Shown here one piece after another: positions 21,717-31,253 of a DNA stretch of 64,000 nucleotides; position 1 is the first letter of the stretch; each line of letters starts with the position of its first letter. The stretch is taken from the NCBI GenBank assembly GCA_036493755.1, contig DASXPG010000139.1, positions 955 through 64,954 on the forward strand, read 5' to 3'. This DNA comes from Gemmatimonadales bacterium. GTDB lineage: Bacteria > Gemmatimonadota > Gemmatimonadetes > Gemmatimonadales > JACORV01. The position numbers and the translations under genes are program-made. Under the pieces are notes generated by a model. The model was given only the letters and a program-made list of their open reading frames with translations. It was not told the DNA's origin and did not search any database.

Positions 21717-22333
21717 TGGGCGCTGCCCGCGGTCCGTTGGCTGTTGGCCGCCGTCGGCCAGCCATCGCCGCTCTTGCGGCGGGCCTGTTGCTGCTATCGG
21801 TGCTTGCTGCCAACCGCCAGCGGGCAGCAGCCGACCCGCCGTGCCCGGTCGTAGCCACCCAGTGGCGCGCCGTTCCCGACGCGGAGTGGCCGCTGATCGA
21901 GCACCGCGACGGTGATAGTGCCTGGGCGCACCTCGAGCCGGCGAGACTTCCCGGCGCTTCCGCCAAGTGGTGCAATCCCCTCGAAGGTGATTTCATGGCG
22001 GTGACGTCCGGACGCGCCACCTACCGCTCTTACTGCGCGACCTGCCACGGGGACAACGGGCTGGGGGATGGACCCGGCGCCGCGGTCGCCGATCCGCGGC
22101 CCTACAACTTTACCCGGCCCGAATTCGCCGGCATGCGCGAGCCGCCCGGCCCCGCCGTGATCTTCGACATCATCACTCGCGGCATTGCCGGCACGGCGAT
22201 GAATGCCTTCGCCACCTACCTCGATGCCCGCCAGCGCCTCGAGGTCATGGCTTACATCTCCACCATTCCGGGCCCGGCCGCGATCAGCCAGAGCAAGGCC
22301 TGGGCCGATACGCTGCGGGCCCGACGGCACTGA
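21716..22333 (+). CDS. Exported monoheme c-type cytochrome
   Basis: TGATG coupling, hydrophobic N-terminus, CATCHG, GTAM axial Met candidate. Confidence 0.85.
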   Translation: MGAARGPLAVGRRRPAIAALAAGLLLLSVLAANRQRAAADPPCPVVATQWRAVPDAEWPLIEHRDGDSAWAHLEPARLPGASAKWCNPLEGDFMAVTSGRATYRSYCATCHGDNGLGDGPGAAVADPRPYNFTRPEFAGMREPPGPAVIFDIITRGIAGTAMNAFATYLDARQRLEVMAYISTIPGPAAISQSKAWADTLRARRH

Positions 22334-22372
22334 TCGTGGCCCCCGTGAAGCGGCGCGGATAGAATTCCTGCG

Positions 22373-23845
22373 ATGGACGATTCCTGGCTTTCCACTGATG
22401 CCGCTCGCGAGAAACGGACCGAGTCGATGACCGAGACGCGGATCGAAAAGGACCCGCTGGGCGATCTGCCGGTCCCGTCCAGCGCCCTCTACGGTGTGCA
22501 GACCGAGCGCGCCCGCCGGAATTTCCCCGTCTCCGGCCTCCTGCCCCTGCCCGCGTTCGTCGACGCCGTGATCCTCATCAAGAAAGCGGCGGCCCAGACC
22601 CACAAGGAAACGAAGCGGCTCGACGCGAAGCTCGCCGATGCCATCATCGCCGCCGCCGACGAGATACTCGGCGGGAAGTACCGCGACCAGTTCGTGGTGG
22701 ACGTCTACCAGGCCGGCGCCGGCACCTCGCACAACATGAATTGCAACGAGGTACTCGCCAATCGGGCCAACGAGATCCTGGGCGGGAAGCGCGGGGCGTA
22801 CGCGCCGGTGCATCCCAACGACCACGTCAACATGGCCCAGAGCACCAACGATGTGATCCCGACGGCGATCCGCCTGGGGATACTGCTGCGGCTGGAATCG
22901 CTGGGCACCGCTCTCACCTCGCTCGCCGACGCCTTCCTCGCCAAGGGGAAGGAATTCGACGGCATCCTGAAGTCGGGCCGCACCCACCTGCAGGACGCGA
23001 CACCCATCCGCCTCGGCCAGGAATTCACCGCCTATGGCCACACCATCGCCAGGGCGCGCCGCCGCCTGGAACGGTCGGCGGACGATCTGCGCGAGCTGGG
23101 GATCGGCGGAACCGCCGTCGGTACCGGTCTCAACGCCGAGCCGCAGTATCCGGCCACCATCGTGAAGTACCTGAAGCAGAACACCGGCCTCGATCTGAAG
23201 GTCGGCGAGGACCGCGTCCAGCTGATGCAGTCGTTAGGCGACGTGGCGGCGTTCAGCGGGTCCTTGCGCGCCCTGGCCATCGACCTGGCCAAGATCTGCT
23301 CCGATCTGCGCCTGCTGGCGTCGGGGCCGCGCACCGGTTTCGCCGAGATCAACCTGCCGCCGGTGCAGCCCGGCAGCTCGATCATGCCGGGGAAGGTGAA
23401 TCCCAGCATCGCCGAAATGGTGAACCAGGTCTGCTACCAGGTGATGGGCAACGACCAGACGGTGGCATTGAGCGCGGAGCAGGGACAGCTCGAGCTGAAC
23501 GTCATGATGCCGGTCGTGGCGCACAACGTGCTGTTCGCGATGCACATCCTGTCGAGCGCGACGGCGATCCTGGCGACGAAGTGCGTCGCCGGCATTACCG
23601 CCGACGCGGCGATGTGCGCCCACTGGCTGGAGCGAAGCCCCGCGCTGGTCACCGCGCTGGCACCGAAGATCGGTTATGCCGAGGCGGCCAAGCTGGCCAA
23701 GGAGTCGCTGGCGAAGGACCTCACCGTCCGGCAGCTCGTCGAGCAGAAGGGTCTGCTGAAAGGGAAAGAGCTCGAGGCGGTCCTCGATCTGCGGAAGATG
23801 ACCGAGCTCGGCGTTCCCGGCGAAGGGTCGAGCCCGGGCGGCTAG
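22373..23845 (+). CDS. aspA: Aspartate ammonia-lyase (fumarase/aspartase superfamily)
   Basis: YGVQT, QAGAGTSHNMN (AspA-like rather than FumC TGSGT), GRTHLQDA, GSSIMPGKVNP; alternative start 22428. Confidence 0.82.
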   Translation: MDDSWLSTDAAREKRTESMTETRIEKDPLGDLPVPSSALYGVQTERARRNFPVSGLLPLPAFVDAVILIKKAAAQTHKETKRLDAKLADAIIAAADEILGGKYRDQFVVDVYQAGAGTSHNMNCNEVLANRANEILGGKRGAYAPVHPNDHVNMAQSTNDVIPTAIRLGILLRLESLGTALTSLADAFLAKGKEFDGILKSGRTHLQDATPIRLGQEFTAYGHTIARARRRLERSADDLRELGIGGTAVGTGLNAEPQYPATIVKYLKQNTGLDLKVGEDRVQLMQSLGDVAAFSGSLRALAIDLAKICSDLRLLASGPRTGFAEINLPPVQPGSSIMPGKVNPSIAEMVNQVCYQVMGNDQTVALSAEQGQLELNVMMPVVAHNVLFAMHILSSATAILATKCVAGITADAAMCAHWLERSPALVTALAPKIGYAEAAKLAKESLAKDLTVRQLVEQKGLLKGKELEAVLDLRKMTELGVPGEGSSPGG

Positions 23846-23867
23846 TTCCCGCCGGTATATTCCACCC

Positions 23868-25028
23868 ATGGTCACCACCGCCGCGCCGAGCCTTCCCGGG
23901 CTCTCTCCCGAAGAGCGGCAGCGCTACGCGCGGCATCTCGCGCTTCCCGAAGTCGGCGCCGAGGGCCAGCGCCGGCTCAAGGCGGCCCGGGTGCTGGTTG
24001 TCGGCCTCGGCGGACTTGGCTCTCCCGCGGCGCTTTATCTCGCCGCGGCCGGCATCGGCAGCATCGGGCTCGTCGATCACGACGCCGTGGATCTCACCAA
24101 TCTTCAGCGCCAGGTCTTGCACGGCACCAGCGATGTCGGTCGCTCCAAGCTCGCGTCGGCCGTCGATCGTCTCCGCGACCTGAATCCGCTGGTCCGCCTA
24201 ACGACGCACGACGCACGACTCACGGCCGCCAATGCCCTGGCCACGCTTCAAGGCTACGACGTCGTGCTGGATGGCAGCGACAATTTTCCGACCCGCTACC
24301 TCGTCAACGATGCCTGCGCGCTCCTCGGCATTCCCGATGTGTACGGCAGTATCCATCGCTTCGAGGGGCAGGTGTCGGTTTTCTGGAAGGGGCACGGTCC
24401 CTGTTACCGTTGCCTCTACCGCGACCCGCCGCCCGCCGAGCTGGTGCCGTCGTGCGAAGCAGGCGGCGTGCTGGGTGTGCTTCCCGGCATTGTCGGGTCG
24501 CTCCAGGCGGCCGAGACGATCAAGATCGTTCTCGGTGCCGGCGATCCGCTGATCGGCCGGCTGCTGCTCTTCGACGCCCTGCCGATGACGTTCCGCGAGC
24601 TGGCGATCGATGCCGATCCGTCGTGCCCGTTGTGCGGCGCCCACCCGACCATTCAGAGTTTGATCGACTACGACGCCTTCTGCGGCGCCCAGTCACCCAA
24701 GGAGCCTCGATCGATGGAGCTGAGCCCGCTGGAATTGCAGTCCGAGCTCGCCGGAGCGAAACCGCCGACGATTCTCGACGTGCGTGAGGAGTGGGAATTC
24801 GAGATCGCCAGTATCGAGGGCAGCACGCTCATTCCGTTGGCGACCATTCCGGGAATGATCCCCGAGCTGGATCCGGCGGGGACGTACGTGACGGTCTGCC
24901 ACAAGGGTGCGCGTTCGATACAAGCGGCGCGCTTCCTGAAGGCATCGGGAATCGCCGATGTGAGGAGCTTGCGGGGCGGCATCGAAGCGTGGGCCGCCGA
25001 GGTAGACTCGGGCATGGAGCGATACTAA
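23868..25028 (+). CDS. moeB: MoeB/MoeZ adenylyltransferase with C-terminal rhodanese domain
   Basis: RYARHL, GLGGLG, TNLQRQ, DNFPTR, CYRC, PSC, CPLC; rhodanese DVRE...CHKGARS. Confidence 0.92.
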   Translation: MVTTAAPSLPGLSPEERQRYARHLALPEVGAEGQRRLKAARVLVVGLGGLGSPAALYLAAAGIGSIGLVDHDAVDLTNLQRQVLHGTSDVGRSKLASAVDRLRDLNPLVRLTTHDARLTAANALATLQGYDVVLDGSDNFPTRYLVNDACALLGIPDVYGSIHRFEGQVSVFWKGHGPCYRCLYRDPPPAELVPSCEAGGVLGVLPGIVGSLQAAETIKIVLGAGDPLIGRLLLFDALPMTFRELAIDADPSCPLCGAHPTIQSLIDYDAFCGAQSPKEPRSMELSPLELQSELAGAKPPTILDVREEWEFEIASIEGSTLIPLATIPGMIPELDPAGTYVTVCHKGARSIQAARFLKASGIADVRSLRGGIEAWAAEVDSGMERY

Positions 25029-25040
25029 CTTCCCCCGCTC

Positions 25041-25124
25041 GCCGGAGTGGTGGAACTGGTAGACGCGCTGCGTTCAGGGCGCAGTGGGCGCAAGCCCGTG
25101 TCGGTTCGAGTCCGACCTTCGGCA
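25041..25124 (+). tRNA. tRNA-Leu(CAG), CCA not encoded
   Basis: Acceptor GCCGGAG/CTTCGGC, anticodon stem CTGCG-ttCAGgg-CGCAG, long variable arm GGGC-GCAA-GCCC, T-arm GTCGG TTCGAGT CCGAC, discriminator A. Confidence 0.96.
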
Positions 25125-25130
25125 TTGAAC

Positions 25131-25172
25131 ACTGAGGCCAGCGGCCAGTCGCCACTGGCCTCTGGCCTTAGT
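25131..25172. repeat. 19-bp hairpin built of heptamers (possible terminator/processing signal)
   Basis: actgaggccagcggccagt cgcc actggcctctggccttagt, with one G-U pair and one mismatch. Confidence 0.7.
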
Positions 25173-25195
25173 TGTTTGGTATCTTGCAGTTAGCA

Positions 25196-25693
25196 GTGAC
25201 TCCCGCAGCGAAATCCCCGCCCGCTCCTCGCGGAGCGAAAGAGCGCCCAGTCAAGGTGATTGCCCGCAATCCCAAGGCTCGGCACGACTACGAGATTCTC
25301 CATACCTATGAAGCGGGCCTGGTGCTGCAGGGCACGGAGGTGAAGACCCTGCGGGCCGGCCGGGGGAGCATCGTCGGAGCGTTCGGGCGGGTGCACCGCG
25401 GCGAGGTCTGGATCGAGGGAATCCAGATCCCGCATTATGCGCAGGGCAACATCCACAACCACGAGCCGCTGCGCTCGCGCAAGCTGCTGATGCACAAGCG
25501 CGAGATCCAGCGTCTCATCGGCGCGGTGCAGCAGAACGGCCATACCCTGGTTCCGCTCGAGCTGCATTTCCGCGGGCCGACGGCGAAGGTCGTCATCGCC
25601 CTGGCGCGCGGAAAGAAAGAGCACGACAAGCGCGAGGACCTGAAGAAGCGTGAGGCCGATCGCGAGGTCGCGCGGGTGTTCCGCAAGCGATGA
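25196..25693 (+). CDS. smpB: SsrA-binding protein
   Basis: NPKARHDY, EAGLVLQGTEVK, RKLLMHKREI, GKKEHDKR; TGgTATCTT upstream at 25177-25185. Confidence 0.95.
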   Translation: MTPAAKSPPAPRGAKERPVKVIARNPKARHDYEILHTYEAGLVLQGTEVKTLRAGRGSIVGAFGRVHRGEVWIEGIQIPHYAQGNIHNHEPLRSRKLLMHKREIQRLIGAVQQNGHTLVPLELHFRGPTAKVVIALARGKKEHDKREDLKKREADREVARVFRKR

Positions 25694-26478
25694 GGGCCGC
25701 GCTGCTGTTCGCGCTGGCGCTCGCCGCGCAGAGCGGGCCGGGCGCTCCAGTCGAGGCTCGCCGCCGGGTCATCGCCATCGACGCCGGCCACGGCGGGATC
25801 GACGTCGGCATGAGTGGTCCCATGAAGGGGCCGCATTTCCTGCGCGAGAAGGACGTCACCCTGGCGATCGCCCGCAATCTCAAGAGCGAGCTCGAGCGGC
25901 GCGGCTTCTCGACGGTCATGACCCGCGACCGCGACACCCTCATCGCCCTCGGCGATCGCGGGCAGATCGCCGGGAGGGCGGGGGCGGACATTTTCGTGTC
26001 GATCCACGTGAATGCCGCCAATCCGCGCTGGCCGCGCGGCGAGACCTCGCGCGGCTTCGAGACCTACTTTCTTGCCGAGGCGCGCACCGAGGATGAGGCG
26101 CGCATCGCGCGGATGGAAAACTCGTCGGTGCGGTTCGAGACCAGCGCGCGCGCAGGTCACGGCGATCCGCTGTCGAACATCCTCACCGACCTGGCGCAGA
26201 ACGAGCACCTGCGCGAGTCCAGCCAGATGGCCGACCTGGTGCAGCAGTCGCTGGGACGGGTGCATCCCGCCGTGAGCCGCGGCGTGAAGCAAGCGCCGTA
26301 CATGGTGCTCGCGACCAGTTACATGCCGGCGATTCTGGTCGAGACCGGATTCGGCACCAACCGCGACGAGGCGCGCTACCTGACGAGCAGCGCCGGACAG
26401 CAGCGTTTGGCCAAGGCGATCGCCGACGGGCTGGAGCGATACATGGCAGAGTACGAGCGGCGAGTATCATCGCGATGA
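25690..26478 (+). CDS. N-acetylmuramoyl-L-alanine amidase (Amidase_3)
   Basis: IDAGHGG, EKDVTL, SIHVNA, GFETY, ILVETGF. Confidence 0.92.
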   Translation: MRAALLFALALAAQSGPGAPVEARRRVIAIDAGHGGIDVGMSGPMKGPHFLREKDVTLAIARNLKSELERRGFSTVMTRDRDTLIALGDRGQIAGRAGADIFVSIHVNAANPRWPRGETSRGFETYFLAEARTEDEARIARMENSSVRFETSARAGHGDPLSNILTDLAQNEHLRESSQMADLVQQSLGRVHPAVSRGVKQAPYMVLATSYMPAILVETGFGTNRDEARYLTSSAGQQRLAKAIADGLERYMAEYERRVSSR

Positions 26479-27956
26479 ACGGTCGCCACAGAGGCCAAGT
26501 GAGCAGTCTGTTGCGGCTGGGTACTTGCCTTGTGGCGACTGTGGCGACTGCTGGCTGCGTCTACTACAACGGCATGTACAACGCGCGGCATTTCGCCGGG
26601 CAGGCCGAGCGTTCCGAGCACCTCGGCCGAACCAGCGAGGCCGCCGATCGGTGGCGCATCGCCGAAATCCACGCGGAGTCGGTGGTCACCCGGCACCCGC
26701 GCTCGAAGTGGGTCGGCGAGGCCCAATTGGTTCGCGCCCGGGCGCTGGTCCACCTCGAGTCGTGGACCATGGCGGCAATTGCCGCCGAGCAGGCGCGGCG
26801 CGTGGTGCATAGCGAGGAGGAGCGGCGCGAAGCCTGGCTCTACCTCGGTCTCGCCGATGTCGGGATGCATCAGACGGAGCCCGCGGTCAACGCCCTCGAC
26901 TCCGCCGCGCTCACCAAGGATCCCAAGCGCCGCTCCGAGGCGTACCTGGCTCGCGGCCGGGTGCTGCTCGCGGCGGGGCGGCCCAGTGATGCGCTGGTCG
27001 ATCTGCGGCAGTCGCGGGCGGTGGACGCGATCTTCGAGCGCGCCCGCGCGGCACTGGCCGAAGGGGACGTCGACCTCGCGGGCAGCACCGCCGACACCGT
27101 CGCGCAACGCGTGGAATACCAGGAGCAGCGATGGCTCCCGTTCCTCGATAGTCTCGCCAATCATGATTCCGCGGCGGCGCGCCGACTCACCGACGTGATC
27201 GTGGCGCGCGCCGACGTGCGTTCCGGGCCCAAGGCTCGGTTGCTGCTCGCCGACGGCGACCGCCGTCTGGCCGCGGGCCAGGACTCGGCGGCGGCTGCCC
27301 GCTTCGCGCAGATTCGCGCGCTCGTTCCCGACAGCGTCGAGTCGCGCATCGCCGATCTCAGGCAGGTGCGGCTCGATCTTCGGGTCGCGCCGACGCCGGC
27401 TGATCTGGCTCCGTTGCGGCGACGCCTGGTCATCATTGCCCTGGCCGGCGGCAGCCCGACCGCCGAAGCCACGGACCTGGTTCGCCTGGTCGACTACTCC
27501 GACAGCCTCGCCGGCCTTCCGGGTCCCGCCGACGCGTGGTGGTTCCTGCGGGGCGAGCTGCTGCGCGACTCGATCGGCGCGCGCCAGGCGGCGGCCAATG
27601 TCTTCGGACTCATGCCGGCGCAATTTCCTGACTCGCCGTGGACTCCGAAGGGGATTCTCGCGGCGATCGCCCTCGGCCATCCCGCCGCGGATTCCCTGCG
27701 CGCGCTGCTCGACGCTCGTTATGCATCGAGTCCCTATACCGTTGCCGCCGCCGGCGGCCTCGAGGGTGCCGACCGCTTCACGGTGCTCGAGGACTCGCTG
27801 CGGACGACGCTGGATCTGCTGCGTCCGGCGGCCGCCCAGCCGGGCAACGTGGCCGGACCGCAGGACGACGTTCCCACCCGCGGCCGCAATCCGGCGATCC
27901 AGCGTCCCCGCCCGCAACCGGGCCGGCCTGCGCCGCGGCCGACCCTCGATCCGTGA
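26475..27956 (+). CDS. TPR-like lipoprotein
   Basis: TAGC lipobox followed by VYYNGMYNA, HPRSKW, helical Ala-rich repeats, FPDSPW. Confidence 0.75.
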   Translation: MNGRHRGQVSSLLRLGTCLVATVATAGCVYYNGMYNARHFAGQAERSEHLGRTSEAADRWRIAEIHAESVVTRHPRSKWVGEAQLVRARALVHLESWTMAAIAAEQARRVVHSEEERREAWLYLGLADVGMHQTEPAVNALDSAALTKDPKRRSEAYLARGRVLLAAGRPSDALVDLRQSRAVDAIFERARAALAEGDVDLAGSTADTVAQRVEYQEQRWLPFLDSLANHDSAAARRLTDVIVARADVRSGPKARLLLADGDRRLAAGQDSAAAARFAQIRALVPDSVESRIADLRQVRLDLRVAPTPADLAPLRRRLVIIALAGGSPTAEATDLVRLVDYSDSLAGLPGPADAWWFLRGELLRDSIGARQAAANVFGLMPAQFPDSPWTPKGILAAIALGHPAADSLRALLDARYASSPYTVAAAGGLEGADRFTVLEDSLRTTLDLLRPAAAQPGNVAGPQDDVPTRGRNPAIQRPRPQPGRPAPRPTLDP

Positions 27957-28831
27957 GCGGCTTCAGCGTCTTCGGTGCGACGTTCCGGAATCCCGTTCTG
28001 CTCGCCGCCGGCACCGCCGGATTCGGGCGTGAAGTCGCCGGCATCATCGATCTCGAAGCGCTGGGCGGCATCAGCACCAAGGCGGTGAGCCCCGAGCCGC
28101 GCGCCGGAAATGCGCCGCCGCGGGTGTCCGAGACGCCGGGGGCGATGCTGAATTCCATCGGGCTCGCCAATCCGGGATTGGAGGCGGTGAAGGCCGAGTA
28201 TCTGCCATGGCTTCGCAGCCATCACCCCGATCTGCGTGTCATCGTCAACGTGGTCGGCCATACAGTGGATGATTTCATCGCCGTGGTGCGCGGGCTCGCG
28301 GAGGAGCAGGGGATCACGGCCTTCGAGCTGAATGTCTCCTGTCCCAACGTCGAGCGGGGCGGTACCGAGTTCGGCGCCGATGAGGCGGTGTTGTCGTCGC
28401 TCGTCAGGCGCGCGCGCGACGCGACCTCCCGGCCGCTGGTGGTGAAGCTGTCGCCGCTGCTCGCCGAGCCGGCGCGCAGCTCGGCGGCGGCCGTCCAGGC
28501 CGGGGCCGATGGATTCACCTGCATCAATAGTCTTCCGGCGACGTCCTTTCCCGGCGTCGAAGCGGCCTCAAAACGGTTAGGCAGGGGACCGGGCGGCGTG
28601 TCGGGCCCCCCCTTGCTGGAGCGTGGCATCGCAATGGTCGCGGCGGTGCGGGCCGCGACCGGGAAACCGGTGATCGGCACCGGCGGGATCCGCACCGCCG
28701 GGGACGCGCGCGCCTATCTCGCCGCCGGCGCGAGCCTGGTCTCGGTGGGGACGGCGGCGCTGGCGGATCCGCGCGCCCCGGAGCGAATTGCGCGGGAGCT
28801 GGAGCAGAAGGGTGCGCATGCGGCGGCCTGA
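27953..28831 (+). CDS. pyrD: Dihydroorotate dehydrogenase, family 1
   Basis: NPVLLAAG, MLNSIGLANPG, ELNVSCPN, VKLSP, GGVSG, IGTGGI. Confidence 0.9.
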   Translation: MSGFSVFGATFRNPVLLAAGTAGFGREVAGIIDLEALGGISTKAVSPEPRAGNAPPRVSETPGAMLNSIGLANPGLEAVKAEYLPWLRSHHPDLRVIVNVVGHTVDDFIAVVRGLAEEQGITAFELNVSCPNVERGGTEFGADEAVLSSLVRRARDATSRPLVVKLSPLLAEPARSSAAAVQAGADGFTCINSLPATSFPGVEAASKRLGRGPGGVSGPPLLERGIAMVAAVRAATGKPVIGTGGIRTAGDARAYLAAGASLVSVGTAALADPRAPERIARELEQKGAHAAA

Positions 28832-29540
28832 CCTCGCGATCGCGCTCGATCTGCCGTCGCCGGCGGCGGCGCTCGCCCTGGTGGACCGGCTGGGCGACGA
28901 GGTGACCTGGTACAAGGTCGGACCGGTGCTCGGCACCGCCGCCGGCCCCGACCTGGTTCGCGAGCTGGTGGGGCGCGGCAAATCGGTCTTCCTCGACTAC
29001 AAGTGGCACGATATCCCCAATACCGCCGCCGGCGCCGTCGCCGCCGCGGCCTCGTTAGGCGCGGCGCTGGCGACGGTCCACCTCTCCGGCGGCCGCGCCA
29101 TGCTCGAGGCCGCGGCGAGCGCGCGCGGCGGGAAGCTGAGGCTGGTGGGTGTCGGCGTGCTGACGTCGCTCGATGGCGCGGGCTTTGGCGTGGTGATGGG
29201 CCGCGAAGTGAGTGATGTCGGCTGGGAGCAGGAACGGCTGATGCAGCCGGGGCTGGGACTCCTCGACGGCTTCGTGACCGCGCCGGGGGAAACGGCGCGG
29301 ATCCGGGGTTTCGCCGGGCCCGACGCCTTTCTCGTCACGCCCGGCATCCGGTTGTCGGGCGGGGAGGGGGGAGACCATCGCCGCAGCGCGACGCCGGGAG
29401 AAGCCGTCCAGGCGGGGACCGATCTGCTGGTCGTCGGCCGCCCGATCACCGAAGCCCGCGACCCGGCCGCGGTGGTGCAGGCGATCCGAATCGAGCTGCA
29501 ACCACGGGCTCAGACCGGCGGCAGCCGCCCGGTTGCGTGA
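28818..29540 (+). CDS. pyrF: Orotidine-5'-phosphate decarboxylase
   Basis: [33 protein letters not shown]. Confidence 0.93.
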   Translation: MRRPDLAIALDLPSPAAALALVDRLGDEVTWYKVGPVLGTAAGPDLVRELVGRGKSVFLDYKWHDIPNTAAGAVAAAASLGAALATVHLSGGRAMLEAAASARGGKLRLVGVGVLTSLDGAGFGVVMGREVSDVGWEQERLMQPGLGLLDGFVTAPGETARIRGFAGPDAFLVTPGIRLSGGEGGDHRRSATPGEAVQAGTDLLVVGRPITEARDPAAVVQAIRIELQPRAQTGGSRPVA

Positions 29541-29561
29541 AGTAGAACCCCCGGCTAGGTT
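29533..29561 (+). promoter_or_regulatory. Putative sigma70 promoter of the alpha operon
   Basis: TTGCGT-N17-TAGGTT, 34 nt upstream of rpmJ. Confidence 0.55.
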
Positions 29562-29595
29562 TAGAGTCTGTTCCGACCATTTTTTCGGGGGCGTC

Positions 29596-29712
29596 TTGAA
29601 GGTTCGTACCAGTGTGAAGCCGATTTGCGAGCACTGCAAAGTCGTGAAGCGCCGTGGAGTGATTCGCGTCATCTGCAAGCGCTCTCCCAAGCACAAGCAG
29701 CGGCAGGGTTAA
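29596..29712 (+). CDS. rpmJ: 50S ribosomal protein L36 (Zn-ribbon type)
   Basis: Not in the ORF track. TTG start, [38 protein letters not shown]. Confidence 0.96.
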   Translation: MKVRTSVKPICEHCKVVKRRGVIRVICKRSPKHKQRQG

Positions 29713-30096
29713 ATGGCACGTATCGCGGGTGTCGATCTTCCGCGCGAAAAGCGCGTCGAGGTCGGTTTGACGGCGATTTTCGGCATCGGTCGCGCGACGG
29801 CGCTGACGGTTCTCGAGCGGACCGGCGTTGCGCCGGCGACGCGCGTGCGCGATCTGACGGACGCGGAGGTTGCCCGGCTGCGCCAGGCGATCGAGCGCGA
29901 CCTCAGGGTCGAAGGTGCGTTGCGCACCGAAGTCGCCATGAACATCAAGCGGCTGATGGATATCGGCTGCTACCGTGGCGTGCGTCATCGCCGCGGACTG
30001 CCGGTGCGTGGTCAGCGGACCCGCACCAATGCGCGCACCAAGAAGGGTCCGCGCCGGACGATCGCAGGCAAGAAGAAGGCGACGCTCAAGAAGTAA
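29713..30096 (+). CDS. rpsM: 30S ribosomal protein S13
   Basis: [32 protein letters not shown]. Confidence 0.98.
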   Translation: MARIAGVDLPREKRVEVGLTAIFGIGRATALTVLERTGVAPATRVRDLTDAEVARLRQAIERDLRVEGALRTEVAMNIKRLMDIGCYRGVRHRRGLPVRGQRTRTNARTKKGPRRTIAGKKKATLKK

Positions 30097-30134
30097 CTTT
30101 CGAACGTTAGAACGTTCAAACGTTAGAACGTTCG
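30095..30134 (+). repeat. Five degenerate octamers AACGTT(AG/CG)
   Basis: aactttcg aacgttag aacgttca aacgttag aacgttcg. Confidence 0.8.
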
Positions 30135-30152
30135 TGGTAAGGGAGAATCATT

Positions 30153-30617
30153 TTGGCAGACGAGAAGCCCGCACCCGCACCCGCAGCCGAAGTCGCCGCG
30201 CCCGTCGCGGCAGCCGCCGAGGGCGAGAAGCCCAAGAAGGCGGCCGCCGGCAAGAAGTCCAAGCGGGTAGTCGAAAGCGAAGGGATCGCCAACGTCATGG
30301 CGACCTTCAACAACACCCTGATCACCATCACCGACCTCGGCGGCAACGCCGTTGCCTGGGGTACCGCGGGCAAGGCCGGTTTCAAGGGTTCGAAGAAGTC
30401 CACGCCCTTCGCCGCCACCGTGGCGGCCGAGCAGGCGGGACGCGATGCATACAACCTCGGTGTCCGGCGCGTGCATGTGCGCGTGCAGGGTCCGGGGGCC
30501 GGCCGTGAGTCGGCCATCCAGGCACTCGCCAATGCGGGGCTGATCATCAAGTCGATTCGTGATGTGACGCCGATCCCGCACAATGGCTGCCGTCCACCCA
30601 AGAAGCGCAGGGTCTGA
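30153..30617 (+). CDS. rpsK: 30S ribosomal protein S11
   Basis: [46 protein letters not shown] start. Confidence 0.97.
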   Translation: MADEKPAPAPAAEVAAPVAAAAEGEKPKKAAAGKKSKRVVESEGIANVMATFNNTLITITDLGGNAVAWGTAGKAGFKGSKKSTPFAATVAAEQAGRDAYNLGVRRVHVRVQGPGAGRESAIQALANAGLIIKSIRDVTPIPHNGCRPPKKRRV

Positions 30618-31253
30618 GTGAGCCGCTATATCGGAGCCAGCTGCCGGCAATGCCGGCGTGAAGGGGTCAAGCTCTTCCTGAAGGGCGCGCGCTGCCTGAC
30701 CGAGAAGTGCGCGATCGAAAAGCGCGCCTATGCGCCGGGCCAGCACGGCCAGTCGACGGCCCGCCGCCGCAAGAGCTCGCAGTACGCGCGCCAGCTGCGC
30801 GAGAAGCAGAAGGTGAAGCGGATGTACGGTCTCACCGAGACCCAGTTCCGCAACACCTTCGAGCGCATCGCCCGCGAGGCCGGCGTCACCGGCGAGAACC
30901 TGTTGATCGCGCTCGAGATGCGCCTCGACAACATCGTGCACCGGATGGGCTTCGCCCCGAGCCGCAAGGCGGCGCGGCAGCTCGTCAGTCACGGTCACAT
31001 CGAGGTCAATGGTGGCCGGGTAAACGTCCCCAGCTACCGTCTCAAGCAGGGCGACGAAGTTCGCGTGCGCCCTTCCAGCAAGGACCTGGACGCCGTCGCG
31101 GCGTCGCTCGATATGGCCTCCAAGGGGCAGACGGTGTCGTGGCTCGCGGTGGACCGCGACGCGCGCACCGGACGCATCACCGAGCGGCCGACGCGGGACA
31201 CGATCCCCGTTGCGGCCGAGGAACAGCTGATCGTCGAGCTCTACTCCAAATAA
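30618..31253 (+). CDS. rpsD: 30S ribosomal protein S4 (Cys4 type)
   Basis: CRQCRREG.KLFLKG.RC...KC, QLREKQK, LEMRLDN, IVELYSK. Confidence 0.97.
   Translation: MSRYIGASCRQCRREGVKLFLKGARCLTEKCAIEKRAYAPGQHGQSTARRRKSSQYARQLREKQKVKRMYGLTETQFRNTFERIAREAGVTGENLLIALEMRLDNIVHRMGFAPSRKAARQLVSHGHIEVNGGRVNVPSYRLKQGDEVRVRPSSKDLDAVAASLDMASKGQTVSWLAVDRDARTGRITERPTRDTIPVAAEEQLIVELYSK

Noticed and set aside
23868..25028. MoeB plus RadC JAB as a ubiquitin-like/CBASS defence system
   Set aside because: Canonical MoeZ architecture, 31 kb from radC, with no E2, Ubl or cyclase
25041..25200. tRNA as an integration site, or tmRNA next to smpB
   Set aside because: No integrase or duplicated tRNA 3' end seen; no room for ssrA
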